Shown: in pieces, positions 9,808-20,155 of the stretch
How the letters are laid out: every line of letters begins with the position of its first letter
Position numbering within the stretch: position 1 is the stretch's first letter
Origin: Vibrio vulnificus CMCP6
Lineage (GTDB): Bacteria; Pseudomonadota; Gammaproteobacteria; Enterobacterales; Vibrionaceae
DNA length: 32,000 nucleotides
NCBI RefSeq assembly: GCF_000039765.1
Contig: NC_004459.3
Span: forward strand, 3,136,104 to 3,168,103
Direction: 5' to 3'
The notes under the pieces: generated by a model
Seen by the model: the letters and a program-made list of their open reading frames with translations, nothing else
The model's database searches: none
Told to the model about the DNA's origin: nothing
Program-made: the position numbers and the translations under genes

Positions 9808-10758
9808 CTAACGTCCAATGCCCTCACGACCGTGGTCACTGTCCAAATCCAAATTGGGGCCTAATGGCACAACTTGCGTTGGATTAATCCCAATGTGACT
9901 AAAATAGTAATGGCGTTTAATGTGGTAGAAATCTGTCGTTTCAGCAATCCCTTCGATCTGATACAGCTCTTTCATGTAGCCATTAAGATGGGGGTAATCC
10001 GCAATACGCTTTTGATTACACTTAAAATGACCAACGTACACCGCATCAAAGCGGATCAGTGTGGTGAACAGGCGCCAATCGGCTTCAGTCATTTGGCTGC
10101 CCGCTAAGTAACGATGCGTCGCGAGATGATGCTCCACACGATCGAGTGCAGAAAAAAGAGCGTTATACGCTTCTTCATAAGCCTCTTGCGTCGTGGCAAA
10201 CCCACAACGATAAACGCCGTTGTTGATGTTGGGGTAAATGAAGGCGTTCCACTCTTCGATCACCTCACGTAATGAATCTGGATAGTAATCATCTTGATTC
10301 CCCGTCAGTTGATTAAACGCCGAGTTAAACATGCGAATGATTTCCGATGATTCGTTGCTCACGATTGTATTGGTTTTCTTGTCCCAAAGAACGGGAACCG
10401 TCACTCGCCCAGTATAATCAGGTTTTGCTTGGGTATAGATTTGATGCAATTTGGTATGACCAAACAAGGGCTCTGGCAACCCCATCTTCCATCCATCACT
10501 GAGCATGTCAGGGCAAACCACGGTGACATCAATATGCTCTTCCAGCCCCTTTAATTTGCGGAAAATCAGCGTTCGGTGTGCCCAAGGGCAAGCTAACGAA
10601 ACATAAAGGTGATAGCGACCCGATTCCGGCTGAAAGGGTGCTTGTGGTTTATTTTCAATCCAGTCACGAAATCCTGCATCTTCACGCACGAACTTTCCTT
10701 TGGTCTGCTTTGTATCGTACCAAACGTCGTGCCATACCCCTTCAATTAATTTGCCCAT
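9808..10758 (-). CDS. yqjG: Glutathionyl-hydroquinone reductase (Xi-class glutathione S-transferase, YqjG-like)
   Basis: LYVSLACPWAHRTLIFRKLKGLE, VTVPVLWDKKTNTIVSNESSEIIRMFN, NINNGVYRCGFATTQEAYE. Confidence 0.93.
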   Translation of the reverse strand: MGKLIEGVWHDVWYDTKQTKGKFVREDAGFRDWIENKPQAPFQPESGRYHLYVSLACPWAHRTLIFRKLKGLEEHIDVTVVCPDMLSDGWKMGLPEPLFGHTKLHQIYTQAKPDYTGRVTVPVLWDKKTNTIVSNESSEIIRMFNSAFNQLTGNQDDYYPDSLREVIEEWNAFIYPNINNGVYRCGFATTQEAYEEAYNALFSALDRVEHHLATHRYLAGSQMTEADWRLFTTLIRFDAVYVGHFKCNQKRIADYPHLNGYMKELYQIEGIAETTDFYHIKRHYYFSHIGINPTQVVPLGPNLDLDSDHGREGIGR

Positions 10759-10887
10759 GAACCCTCCTCACTTTTTTCTCAGTATAGGAAAAGGACGTGA
10801 TTTATTAAGCGCTAATATTTGCAAGTGATATTCGAAAAATTTGAACGTATCACCGACAAGGCAAGATTGAACTCAAATAATAGAGAT

Positions 10888-10920
10888 AAAAAAAGCGCGG
10901 CTCATAAAGAAACCGCGCTT
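10888..10920 (-). terminator. opp operon terminator
   Basis: Minus strand AAGCGCGG ... CCGCGCTT stem followed by a T run. Confidence 0.88.
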
Positions 10921-10944
10921 AAGCCCGTCACAGGCTGAATTACG

Positions 10945-11940
10945 TTACATCTCTACATGTAAACAAGACACTGCGTGTGTGTCATTACCTTGAATCGTTG
11001 GTTTGGTTTGCGCACACGCCTCTGTTGCCTGTGGGCAACGAGTGCGGAACACACAACCAGACGGCGGATTCATCGGTGAAGGCAGGTCGCCTTCAAGCAT
11101 TTGAATGGTTTTCGCGCGCTCCAACTTTGGATCTGGAATGGGCACAGCCGACATCAATGCGCGTGTGTATGGGTGTTTAGGGTCCGCAAACAAGGCTTCA
11201 GAGGTGCCGAGTTCAACCGCATTACCCAAGTACATCACCAAAACACGATCAGAAATGTGTTTTACCACCGAAAGGTCATGCGCAATGAACACCAAAGAAA
11301 GGCCTAGCTCTTTTTGCAGTTCTTTCAAAAGGTTAACTACCTGAGCTTGAATAGATACGTCAAGTGCTGAAACCGGTTCATCACAGATGATCATTTTCGG
11401 ATTCAGGATCAGAGCACGTGCAATACCGATACGCTGACACTGACCACCAGAAAACTCGTGTGGGTAGCGGTTAATCACGTTGGGTAGCAGACCTACTTTG
11501 GCCATCATCTCTTTCACGCGAGACTTCACTTCCTGCTTACCAAGTTCAGGGTAGAAGGTTTCTAGTGGCTCAGCGATGATGTCACCGATGGTCATACGTG
11601 GGTTAAGCGAGGCAAGCGGATCTTGGAAAATCATCTGCATGTCTTTGCGTGTTTCGCGACGTTGCACTTCTTTCATCTTAGTGAGGTCTTGACCTAGCCA
11701 TACCACTTCACCTTCAGTCGCATTCACCAGACCAATGATGGCACGCGCGAAAGTAGACTTACCACAACCGGACTCGCCCACTACACCAAGGGTTTCACCT
11801 TCATAAAGACGAATATTCACACCGTCAACCGCTTTAAGACTCGACGGTTTGCTCCATGGCCATGCCGACTTGGATGCAATGCTAAAGTGAACTTTAAGGT
11901 CTTTTACATCCAGTAGGATTTTTTTCTCTTGTGCACTCAT
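10945..11940 (-). CDS. oppF: Oligopeptide ABC transporter ATP-binding protein OppF
   Basis: Walker [14 protein letters not shown]-type [10 protein letters not shown]-terminal [12 protein letters not shown]; start refined to ATG 11940 overlapping the oppD stop (ATGA). Confidence 0.95.
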   Translation of the reverse strand: MSAQEKKILLDVKDLKVHFSIASKSAWPWSKPSSLKAVDGVNIRLYEGETLGVVGESGCGKSTFARAIIGLVNATEGEVVWLGQDLTKMKEVQRRETRKDMQMIFQDPLASLNPRMTIGDIIAEPLETFYPELGKQEVKSRVKEMMAKVGLLPNVINRYPHEFSGGQCQRIGIARALILNPKMIICDEPVSALDVSIQAQVVNLLKELQKELGLSLVFIAHDLSVVKHISDRVLVMYLGNAVELGTSEALFADPKHPYTRALMSAVPIPDPKLERAKTIQMLEGDLPSPMNPPSGCVFRTRCPQATEACAQTKPTIQGNDTHAVSCLHVEM

Positions 11941-12911
11941 TTTGTCCAAGCCTCCCATTCAGAAAAACACGCACGCTGACGACCATCGGCAAATGGGGTC
12001 AAGATTGGCGCTTCACGTTTACAACGATCTATTACGCGATGGCAACGCTCTTGGTAAGGGCAGCCAGGTGGTAGGCGCAGTAGGTTTGGTGGGTTACCAG
12101 GAATGGTTGGCAGAATCTCACCTTCGGTATCCAAACGTGGGATCGCCTTAAGCAGACCTTCCGCATATGGGTGGCTTGGGTTGTAGAAAATTTCGTCAAC
12201 AGTGCCATATTCCATGGTACGACCGGCGTACATAACCAGCACTTTGTCACAAGAGCCAGCCACGACACCAAGGTCATGAGTGATCATGATGATGGCAGTG
12301 TTGAACTCTTGTTTCAGCTCGTTGAGCAGATCCATAATCTGTGCTTGAACCGTTACGTCAAGTGCGGTCGTCGGCTCGTCGGCAATCAACAATTTAGGAC
12401 GGCACAATAGCGCCATCGCAATCATCACGCGCTGACGCATACCACCCGAAAATTCGTGTGGATACATGGTAATACGCTTGCGAGCTTCTGGAATCTTAAC
12501 CGCTTCTAACATGCGCACAGACTCTTCAAACGCCTCTGCTTTGCCCATGCCTTTGTGCAGCATCAACACTTCCATGAGCTGATCGCTCACCTTCATGTAG
12601 GGGTTCAGAGAGGTCATCGGATCTTGGAAGATCATCGCAATCTGTTCAGCACGAACTTTATTCAGTTCTTTCTCTGGCAAGTTCAGAATTTCTTTACCTT
12701 CGAACTTTGCGCTGCCTGAGATAATACCGTTTTTGGCCAGCAGACCCATGATCGCAAATACGGTTTGCGATTTGCCTGAACCTGACTCACCTACGATCCC
12801 GAGTGTTTCACCCTGATTGAGTGAGAAATTTAAATCGTTTACTGCGGTCACGATACCATCTTGCGTGGTAAATTCGACGCGCAGATCTTTGACATCTAAT
12901 AAGCTCATCAT
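11937..12911 (-). CDS. oppD: Oligopeptide ABC transporter ATP-binding protein OppD
   Basis: GESGSGKSQ, EFSGGMRQRVMIAMAL, DEPTTALDVTVQAQIMDLL, PPGCPYQERC. Confidence 0.95.
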   Translation of the reverse strand: MMSLLDVKDLRVEFTTQDGIVTAVNDLNFSLNQGETLGIVGESGSGKSQTVFAIMGLLAKNGIISGSAKFEGKEILNLPEKELNKVRAEQIAMIFQDPMTSLNPYMKVSDQLMEVLMLHKGMGKAEAFEESVRMLEAVKIPEARKRITMYPHEFSGGMRQRVMIAMALLCRPKLLIADEPTTALDVTVQAQIMDLLNELKQEFNTAIIMITHDLGVVAGSCDKVLVMYAGRTMEYGTVDEIFYNPSHPYAEGLLKAIPRLDTEGEILPTIPGNPPNLLRLPPGCPYQERCHRVIDRCKREAPILTPFADGRQRACFSEWEAWTK

Positions 12912-12936
12912 TGCTTCCTTAATCTTATCGTTCTAA

Positions 12937-13845
12937 TTATCTGTCTTTTGGATCCAGCGCATCGCGCAAGCCATCACCGACGTAGTTGAAACAGAATAGA
13001 GTGACAACCATGAACAGGGCTGGGAAAGCCAACTGCCAAATAGCCACTTCCATTGTTTGAGAGCCTTCTTGTAGAAGTGCGCCCCAACTTGTCATTGGCT
13101 CTTGAACCCCAAGACCAAGGAATGAAAGGAAAGATTCAGTCAGAATCATGCTCGGAATCAATAGTGTTGAGTAAACCGCAACAATGCCAAGTACGTTTGG
13201 CACAATGTGGCGAGTGATGATCTTCCACTTGCTCACACCACAAACGTGGGCGGCTTCGATAAACTCTTTGCTACGTAAGCTCAGTGTTTGACCACGTACA
13301 ATACGCGCCATATCCAACCAAGCAATCGCACCGATAGCCACGAAGATAAGCACAATGTTACGGCCGAAGAATGTCACCAGTACGATAACAAGGAACATGA
13401 AAGGCACTGCGTAAAGGATTTCAAGAATACGCATCATAATACGGTCAGTACGGCCACCAATAAAACCTGAGGCCGCGCCGTAGAGCGTACCAATCGTAAC
13501 CGCGACCAATGCACCAAGTACACCCACCATTAGCGAGATACGACCACCAATCAAGGTACGGACGTACAAATCTCGGCCTAAACTATCCGTACCAAACCAA
13601 TGCTCAGCATTTGGTCCAACGTGCATGGCATACCAGTCAGTATCATCAAACGTGAAAGGTGCTAGCATTGGTAGGAAAATGACAGCAAGTGTCATCACCA
13701 TAAGGATAAACAAACTCACCATCGCAGCTTTGTTGCGCATAAAGCGAATGCGGGCATCTTGCCATAAGCTGCGGCCTTCAATTTCTAGGTTTTCTGAAAA
13801 CTTCTCAAGCGCTTCCAGATTCTCTTTTTTCGTCAACATAACCAT
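12937..13845 (-). CDS. oppC: Oligopeptide ABC transporter permease OppC
   Basis: ABC permease loop EAAHVCGVSKWKIITRHIVPN, multiple TM segments, FNYVGDGLRDALDPKDR C-terminus. Confidence 0.95.
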   Translation of the reverse strand: MVMLTKKENLEALEKFSENLEIEGRSLWQDARIRFMRNKAAMVSLFILMVMTLAVIFLPMLAPFTFDDTDWYAMHVGPNAEHWFGTDSLGRDLYVRTLIGGRISLMVGVLGALVAVTIGTLYGAASGFIGGRTDRIMMRILEILYAVPFMFLVIVLVTFFGRNIVLIFVAIGAIAWLDMARIVRGQTLSLRSKEFIEAAHVCGVSKWKIITRHIVPNVLGIVAVYSTLLIPSMILTESFLSFLGLGVQEPMTSWGALLQEGSQTMEVAIWQLAFPALFMVVTLFCFNYVGDGLRDALDPKDR

Positions 13846-13856
13846 ATACGTCCCTG

Positions 13857-14777
13857 TTAGTAGCGAATTTTCGGATCAATCATCGCCAACAGAATATCTA
13901 CAATGGCGTTGAACAGAATAAACAAGAAACCGATCAGAATCGTTACGCCCATAACCAGCGAATAGTCACGGTTAAATGCGGCGTTAACAAATAGCTTACC
14001 AATACCTGGTAGACCAAAGATGGTTTCGATAACAACAGAGCCGGTAATAATGCCGACAAACGCTGGACCCATGTAAGAAACCACAGGCAACATAGCGGGT
14101 TTGAGTGCGTGCTTTACGATGATGTAAGGGTAGCTCAACCCTTTCGCTCGAGCTGTACGAATAAAGTTACTGTTGAGCGTTTCGATCATCGAACCACGAG
14201 TGATACGTGCGAAGGTCGCGACATAAAGCAGCGACATACCGATAACCGGTAGGACAAGATACTTCAGACCGCCATCATGCCAACCGCCTGCCGGGAACAG
14301 ATCCCAATGCAGCGCAAAGAGATAGATCAGCGCGGGGGCTAACACAAACGATGGCATAACCACACCAATCATGGCCGTAGACATAATGGTGTAATCCACC
14401 CAAGTATTGTGTTTGAGTGCGGCAATGGTGCCGACCGTGACCCCGAGAATAACGGTAAAGATAAACGCAATGAAACCAACTTTCGCCGATACCGGCAACG
14501 CAACGGAAATCAATTCGTTTACTGAATAGTCAAGGTATTTAAACGACGGGCCAAAATCGCCCTGAATAACGTTAAATAAGTAAGTGGTGTATTGTTCGAT
14601 CACCGGCTTATCTAGGCCATATTTGGCTTCGATATTGGCCATAACTTCAGGTGGAAGTGGCTTCTCACTTGAAAATGGGTTACCTGGTGCGAAACGCATA
14701 AGAAAGAAAGATACGGTGATCAAAACCAACATGGTTGGAATCGCCTCAAAGATCCTTTTAATGATGAATTTAAGCAT
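13857..14777 (-). CDS. oppB: Oligopeptide ABC transporter permease OppB
   Basis: RTARAKGLSYPYIIVKHALKPAMLP, VFGLPGIGKLFVNAAFNRDY, IDPKIRY C-terminus. Confidence 0.95.
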   Translation of the reverse strand: MLKFIIKRIFEAIPTMLVLITVSFFLMRFAPGNPFSSEKPLPPEVMANIEAKYGLDKPVIEQYTTYLFNVIQGDFGPSFKYLDYSVNELISVALPVSAKVGFIAFIFTVILGVTVGTIAALKHNTWVDYTIMSTAMIGVVMPSFVLAPALIYLFALHWDLFPAGGWHDGGLKYLVLPVIGMSLLYVATFARITRGSMIETLNSNFIRTARAKGLSYPYIIVKHALKPAMLPVVSYMGPAFVGIITGSVVIETIFGLPGIGKLFVNAAFNRDYSLVMGVTILIGFLFILFNAIVDILLAMIDPKIRY

Positions 14778-14817
14778 AAACTCACTCTTTCAGTCTGTGA
14801 CAGTTTAAATGAAATTA

Positions 14818-14850
14818 GACGCTGCATGCGGCTATACCACATGCAGTGTC
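14818..14850 (-). other. Intercistronic hairpin between oppA and oppB
   Basis: GACGCTGCATG ... CATGCAGTGTC inverted repeat in the oppA-oppB gap (one G-T pair); plausible oppA 3' stabiliser or attenuator. Confidence 0.7.
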
Positions 14851-14880
14851 TCTATTTTTTATAGTTATCAGCTTAGGTGA

Positions 14881-16512
14881 TTACTTCGCGATGATGTAGA
14901 GATCTTTTGAGTAGATCTTCTCTTCCGCATTGTTTGATGGGAAACCACCAACACGTGGATTTAGTAGACGCGAACGTACATATTGGTAGATTGGTGCGAT
15001 AGGCATATCTTTTGCCATCAGATTTTCAGCATCCAAGTACAGCGCAGTACGCTCTGCTTCAGATGTTGACTTCAGCGCTTTGTCGATCAGAGCATCATAC
15101 TCTGCATTACCCCAGTGCTGACCACCCGTTGTATTCGCGCTCACCATCAGAGTTAGGAACGAAGATGCTTCGTTGTAGTCGCCACACCAACCGGCGCGTG
15201 CCACTTCGAAATCACCTTGATCTTTAGTAGATAGGTAAGTTTTCCACTCTTGGTTTTCAAGATTAACATCTAGACCAAGTGTTTTCTTCCACATAGAACC
15301 GAGCGCAACGGCGATCTTCTTGTGGTTTTCGTTGGTGTTGTAAAGCAAAGTAAACTTCAGAGGGTTGCCTTTGCCGTAACCCGCTTCTTCAAGTAGGCGA
15401 GCCGCTTCTGCGTTACGCTCTTTCTGAGACATTTTACCGTACTCAGGAAGTTCTGGGTTGAAGTTTGCAGTGATCTCTGGCGTTAGGAAATACGCAGGCT
15501 TCTGACCCTGACCTAAGATCGCGTTTGCTACGATGTCACGGTCAATCGCGTAAGAGATCGCTTTACGTACACGTACGTCATCAAACGGCTTTTTCTTCGT
15601 GTTGAAAGAGTAGTAGTAAGTACATAGGCTGCCTTCAACAGAAACCGATTCTGGGTGTTCTTTTTTCAGACGCTTGAAGTGTTCAGTTGGTAGAGTTGAT
15701 GTAAAGTCAATTTCACCCGAAAGGAAACGGTTCATTTCTGCAACCGCGTTTTCGATTGGTAGGAAAGTGACTTTGTTGATCACTGTCTTAGAGTCATCCC
15801 AGTACTTGGTGTTACGAACCATTTCTAAACGTTCGTTAACAACCCATTTGTCTACAACAAACGCACCGTTACCGACGAAGTTTTCTGGCTTAGTCCATTG
15901 ATCACCAAACTTCTCTACCGTTGCTTTGTGTACTGGTTTCATGGTGGTGTGGCCAGTCATCATCACAAAGTAAGGAACCGCCGTTTCAAGCTCAATCACT
16001 AGCGTGTAATCGTCAGCCGCTTTTACACCAAGCTCAGACTTGTCTTTCTTCCCTGCAACGATGTCTTTCGCGTTTTTCATCTTGGTGTATTCCATGTACC
16101 AAGAGTATGGCGATGCTGTTGCTGGATCGACAGCACGTTGCCAGCTGTATACGAAATCTTGCGCGGTAACAGGGTCGCCGTTAGACCATTTTGCATCTTT
16201 ACGTAGGTGGAAAGTAAAGGTCTTGTTGTCCGTCGTTTCCCAGCTCGTTGCGACACCAGGAATGGTGTTGCCGTCTGCATCTTGGTTTACTAGACCTTCC
16301 AATAGGTCACGAATTACATGCGACTCTGGCACGCCTTGAGATTTGTGCGGGTCGATAGTAGCAACCTCAGTACCGTTACCACGAACGAGTTCTTGTTTTG
16401 CTGCTAATTTAGTTCCAGCTGGTACGTCTGCGGCAAGAGCAGAAAGAGAGGTAGTTGCGAGTGTTAGACCAGCACCAAGAAGAAGTGCTTGGGTGATTTT
16501 GTTCTTATACAT
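14881..16512 (-). CDS. oppA: Periplasmic oligopeptide-binding protein OppA
   Basis: Signal peptide MYKNKITQALLLGAGLTLATTSLSALA; IDPHKSQGVPESHVIRDLLEGLVNQD; SBP family 5; start refined to 16512. Confidence 0.95.
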   Translation of the reverse strand: MYKNKITQALLLGAGLTLATTSLSALAADVPAGTKLAAKQELVRGNGTEVATIDPHKSQGVPESHVIRDLLEGLVNQDADGNTIPGVATSWETTDNKTFTFHLRKDAKWSNGDPVTAQDFVYSWQRAVDPATASPYSWYMEYTKMKNAKDIVAGKKDKSELGVKAADDYTLVIELETAVPYFVMMTGHTTMKPVHKATVEKFGDQWTKPENFVGNGAFVVDKWVVNERLEMVRNTKYWDDSKTVINKVTFLPIENAVAEMNRFLSGEIDFTSTLPTEHFKRLKKEHPESVSVEGSLCTYYYSFNTKKKPFDDVRVRKAISYAIDRDIVANAILGQGQKPAYFLTPEITANFNPELPEYGKMSQKERNAEAARLLEEAGYGKGNPLKFTLLYNTNENHKKIAVALGSMWKKTLGLDVNLENQEWKTYLSTKDQGDFEVARAGWCGDYNEASSFLTLMVSANTTGGQHWGNAEYDALIDKALKSTSEAERTALYLDAENLMAKDMPIAPIYQYVRSRLLNPRVGGFPSNNAEEKIYSKDLYIIAK

Positions 16513-16869
16513 GCATAAACTCCAAGTTTTATATTTGCATCCATGACTTCTTTGCCAAAACACCAGAACGGCAGTGTTTTAGAACTTTTTAGCTGCGTTT
16601 TAGAAAACAAAACAACTAAAAGCATTGCAAAGATTGCGGCACACATTAGCAATCATTGAAGTAATTTGCCATAAAAATGTAGCAAAAAACTCAATAATCC
16701 TGACTGAACGCCACGAAAATAGCACCTTATGCCAGTATATTAATTTCTTATGGTTATTTTCATTTACCAGACCAATCAGCCATAGCTATAAGTGCCAATA
16801 AATCTAAAAAATAACCACATACCAGCATCTTGTGCTAGATAATTAGCCAAAAATTAACATTTACGACAC

Positions 16870-17052
16870 ATGACGTCTAACGAATTGTGGGAATTGTATT
16901 GTCAGAAAATTGAAGAGTGTGAAGAGACTCACCGAACGGAAATTGAAGAAGGAAAAATTGTTAGAGCATTTGTTCGGTCACAACAAACTGCTCTGTCACA
17001 GCAAAATAACAAAAGCGATGGGTCGAACCATCGCTTTGAATCACAAATTTAG
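16870..17052 (+). CDS. Possible small hypothetical protein (60 aa)
   Basis: Only six-frame support; acidic N-terminal half, no clear SD, and its 3' end overlaps the moa operon terminator. Confidence 0.25.
   Translation: MTSNELWELYCQKIEECEETHRTEIEEGKIVRAFVRSQQTALSQQNNKSDGSNHRFESQI
17004..17037 (-). terminator. moa operon terminator
   Basis: Minus strand AAAGCGATGG TTCGAC CCATCGCTTT then TGTTATTTTG. Confidence 0.8.
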
Positions 17053-17068
17053 CATATAGCGGAAACCG

Positions 17069-17524
17069 CTATGATTGCCAACGCTCAGCCGCTTGGGCAT
17101 CAGACTCTCTAGACTCAACCCATCGAGTCGTTTCAGTTGTACGTTCTTTTTTCCAGAAAGGCGCTTTGGTCTTGAGATAATCCATAATGAACTCACAAGC
17201 CTCAAACGCCGCACCGCGATGTGCACTCGACACCCCAACATACACGATTTGATCACCGATATTGAGGTCTCCAACTCGATGGATAACACGGACATTCAGC
17301 AACGGCCATCTCTGCTCGGCTTGATCACAAATCTCACCCAGCGCTTTTTCCGTCATACCTGGATAATGCTCCAAACTTAGGCCCGTGACATTATCGCCCA
17401 AGTTCATGTCTCTCACCTTGCCAACAAAAGTCACCACAGCGCCTGCCGCGCTCCCCTGTGACAACCACGCATATTCTGCTGCGATGTCGAAATCTTCGAC
17501 TTGAACTGAGATACGATTATCCAC
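17069..17524 (-). CDS. moaE: Molybdopterin synthase catalytic subunit
   Basis: AGAVVTFVGKVRDMN, LEHYPGMTEKAL, HRVGDLNIGDQIVYVGVSSAHRGAAFEAC, KTKAPFWKKE. Confidence 0.95.
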   Translation of the reverse strand: MDNRISVQVEDFDIAAEYAWLSQGSAAGAVVTFVGKVRDMNLGDNVTGLSLEHYPGMTEKALGEICDQAEQRWPLLNVRVIHRVGDLNIGDQIVYVGVSSAHRGAAFEACEFIMDYLKTKAPFWKKERTTETTRWVESRESDAQAAERWQS

Positions 17525-17525
17525 G

Positions 17526-17771
17526 CTACCCCCCTGTCACGGGAGGGAAAAAGGCCACTTCGTCACCATCTTGCAGTGTTGTTTCCAGTGGAACAATCGA
17601 CTGATTGACTGCAGCAAGCAATTTCCCAGCCTCTAAAGCAAGTGACCACTTACCTTCTTGCTCTGCTAAATGTGCTCGAAGTGATTCAACGGTGTCGAAG
17701 TTCGCCTCTACATCGACTGAATCCACACCCACCAGCTCACGGGTTTGAGCAAAGAATAAAACCTTAATCAT
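17526..17771 (-). CDS. moaD: Molybdopterin synthase sulfur carrier subunit
   Basis: Ubiquitin-like small protein ending ...[13 protein letters not shown]. Confidence 0.94.
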
Positions 17772-18247
17772 GCTTCCACCTTAAAGTGTCCAGACTTGCC
17801 ACCCGTTTTCTCTAGCAAACGCACGGGGCCAATCACCATGTCTTTTTGTACCGCTTTACACATATCGTAAATTGTCAGTGCCGCGACAGACGCCGCGGTC
17901 AGCGCTTCCATCTCCACACCCGTTTTGCCTGCCAGCTTACACACAGATTCAATACGCACTTTATTTTCAGCTTCGATGGCTTGTAACTGCACTTCAACTT
18001 TTGAAAGCAATAACGGATGACACAATGGGATCAAATCCCAAGTTTTCTTCGCCGCTTGTATGCCTGCGATTCTCGCCGTGGCAAACACATCCCCTTTGTG
18101 ATGCTGACCAGAAACAATCAGCTGTAATGTCTCTGGTGCCATATGCACAAACGCTTCCGCACGTGCTTCGCGTACCGTTTCAGCTTTGGCAGACACATCC
18201 ACCATGTTTGCTTCGCCAGAGGCGTTGATGTGAGTAAACTGGCTCAT
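17768..18247 (-). CDS. moaC: Cyclic pyranopterin monophosphate synthase
   Basis: [55 protein letters not shown]. Confidence 0.96.
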
Positions 18248-18257
18248 GGGCTCTCCT

Positions 18258-18770
18258 TTATACGCTCAGGTGAGGCATAAAGTTGCAAGGACGATGGCTC
18301 GCATCCAATTGTTGCTTGATGATTTTAGTCCAACCCGTACGACAAGCCCCCGTTGAGCCAGGCATAGCAAAAATCACTGTATGATTTGCAAAACCGGCAA
18401 TCGCGCGAGATTGAATCGTCGAAGTGCCAATTTCTTCATAAGAAACCAGACGGAACAACTCACCAAAACCTTCAACCTCTTTATCAAAAAGCGGTTTCAG
18501 TGCCTCTGGAGTACTGTCGCGAGAAGTGAATCCGGTACCACCAGTGATCATGATCGCTTGCACGTTTTCATCTGCGATCCATTGAGAGACGATCGCACGA
18601 ATCTTGTACATGTCATCGATGACAATTTGTTTGTCGACCACGTTGTGGCCTGCTTCTTTTGCATTTTCGACGAGGTACGCACCAGAAGTATCATTTTCTT
18701 CCGTGCGTGTATCAGAAACAGTTAGAACAGCGATATTCGCTGGTTGGAATTTACTTTCAGCGTGACCCAT
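18258..18770 (-). CDS. moaB: Molybdenum cofactor biosynthesis protein B
   Basis: [47 protein letters not shown]. Confidence 0.94.
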
Positions 18771-18850
18771 GTGTTCACCTTTTCTCTTGAGTTAATAGCG
18801 TTATCGGTGGTCATCATCGTGACCGCCTTAGAGGTATTCTTTGTTCTGTA

Positions 18851-19840
18851 TTAGCCGCCAATAGATGCTAAGTGCGGCGTCATGCCCGTCTGACCTTCGT
18901 TTAAGAAATGGCTGACAGATTTAGTCTGTAACTCCGACTGAATTCGGGCAATGAGATCAGACTCTTGATCGTCTTGTTGCAGCAGGTCGCGCAGCTCGAC
19001 GCCTCGATCACCAAATAGACACAAATGCAATTTGCCTTTTGCAGAAACTCGTAAGCGGTTACAGCTCGCACAAAAGTCTTTTTCGTAAGGCATGATCAAA
19101 CCAATCTCACCTTGATAATCAGGGTGAACGAACACTTGCGCAGGGCCATCATTAGCCGCCTTCACTTTCAGTAACCAGCCATTTGCGATCAGATGATTGC
19201 GAATCGCCACACCGGAGACATGATGTTGTTGGAATAAAGTGTCCATCTCACCCGTTTGCATCAGTTCGATAAAACGCAATTGGATCGGGCGATGCTTAAT
19301 CCAGTGCAAAAAAGCAGGTAACTCGTTGTGGTTGAGATCTTTCATCAACACAACGTTGACTTTCACTTGTTCAAAACCCACTTCAAACGCGCGATCAATC
19401 CCCGACATCACTTGGTGAAATTTATTCTCGCCAGTGATTTGATGGAACATACGTGGGTCAAGGCTATCCACGCTGACATTAATTTGGTTTAAACCTGCTT
19501 CTTTCCATTCTCCAATATGCTTTTCCATTCGATAGCCATTGGTGGTAGTGGCAACTCGCTTAATGCCTTGAGTTGATGCGACCGTGTGGATAATGTCAGT
19601 AAAATCTTTACGCAGACTTGGCTCTCCGCCAGTAATGCGCACTTTACTTGTGCCACAGTCAGCAAAAGCCTTAACGACTCGACGGATTTCAGAGAGGTTT
19701 AAAAAAGACGAGTTTTTCTGCCCCGAAGGTTGGTAACCATCAGGCAGACAATAGGTACATTTGAAATTACACACGTCCGTCACAGACAAACGCAAGTAAT
19801 AGAATTTGCGGTGGAATCTATCTTCGAATTGTTGCGCCAC
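18851..19840 (-). CDS. moaA: GTP 3',8-cyclase (radical SAM)
   Basis: Radical SAM motif [21 protein letters not shown]-terminal cluster [20 protein letters not shown]. Likely GTG start at 19840 ([19 protein letters not shown]) preceded by GGAAAGG; track start 19855 is a TTG. Confidence 0.95.
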   Translation of the reverse strand: MAQQFEDRFHRKFYYLRLSVTDVCNFKCTYCLPDGYQPSGQKNSSFLNLSEIRRVVKAFADCGTSKVRITGGEPSLRKDFTDIIHTVASTQGIKRVATTTNGYRMEKHIGEWKEAGLNQINVSVDSLDPRMFHQITGENKFHQVMSGIDRAFEVGFEQVKVNVVLMKDLNHNELPAFLHWIKHRPIQLRFIELMQTGEMDTLFQQHHVSGVAIRNHLIANGWLLKVKAANDGPAQVFVHPDYQGEIGLIMPYEKDFCASCNRLRVSAKGKLHLCLFGDRGVELRDLLQQDDQESDLIARIQSELQTKSVSHFLNEGQTGMTPHLASIGG

Positions 19841-19863
19841 GGAACACCTTTCCAAACACGGGA

Positions 19864-20000
19864 GGCGTAGTCATTTCCAATTACGCCCTTGTGACATCAT
19901 GTCACTGGCTTAAGCTGCTTATCATTCCATCATTGAAATAAAATAACTTAGCAAGTTAAGCTCGGAGTTATGGCAACCCTTGAACTTGTTCGTTCAAGTG
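19864..20000 (-). promoter_or_regulatory. Structured moaA leader region with four inverted repeats
   Basis: 19864-19887 GGCGTA/TACGCC; 19891-19905 GTGACATCATGTCAC; 19944-19958 TAACTTagcAAGTTA followed on minus by TTTTATTT; 19979-19998 CTTGAAC/GTTCAAG. Confidence 0.45.
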
Positions 20001-20155
20001 GTAGCTTTGCTCGATAAAATACTTAATATTTGTAGTGGAATCTAGCTCTAAACGAGAAAAACCTCACTAAAGCCACAATTTACCACCTTGTGAGTACCTG
20101 ATATTAACGGGATACTCTAAATTGTAGTTGGTTATGAAAAAATAAGAAGAAGAGA

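Noticed and set aside
16513-16640. GcvB-type pairing site in the oppA leader
   Set aside because: The oppA-strand leader is G/U-rich rather than containing the CA-rich motif expected for GcvB R1 targets.
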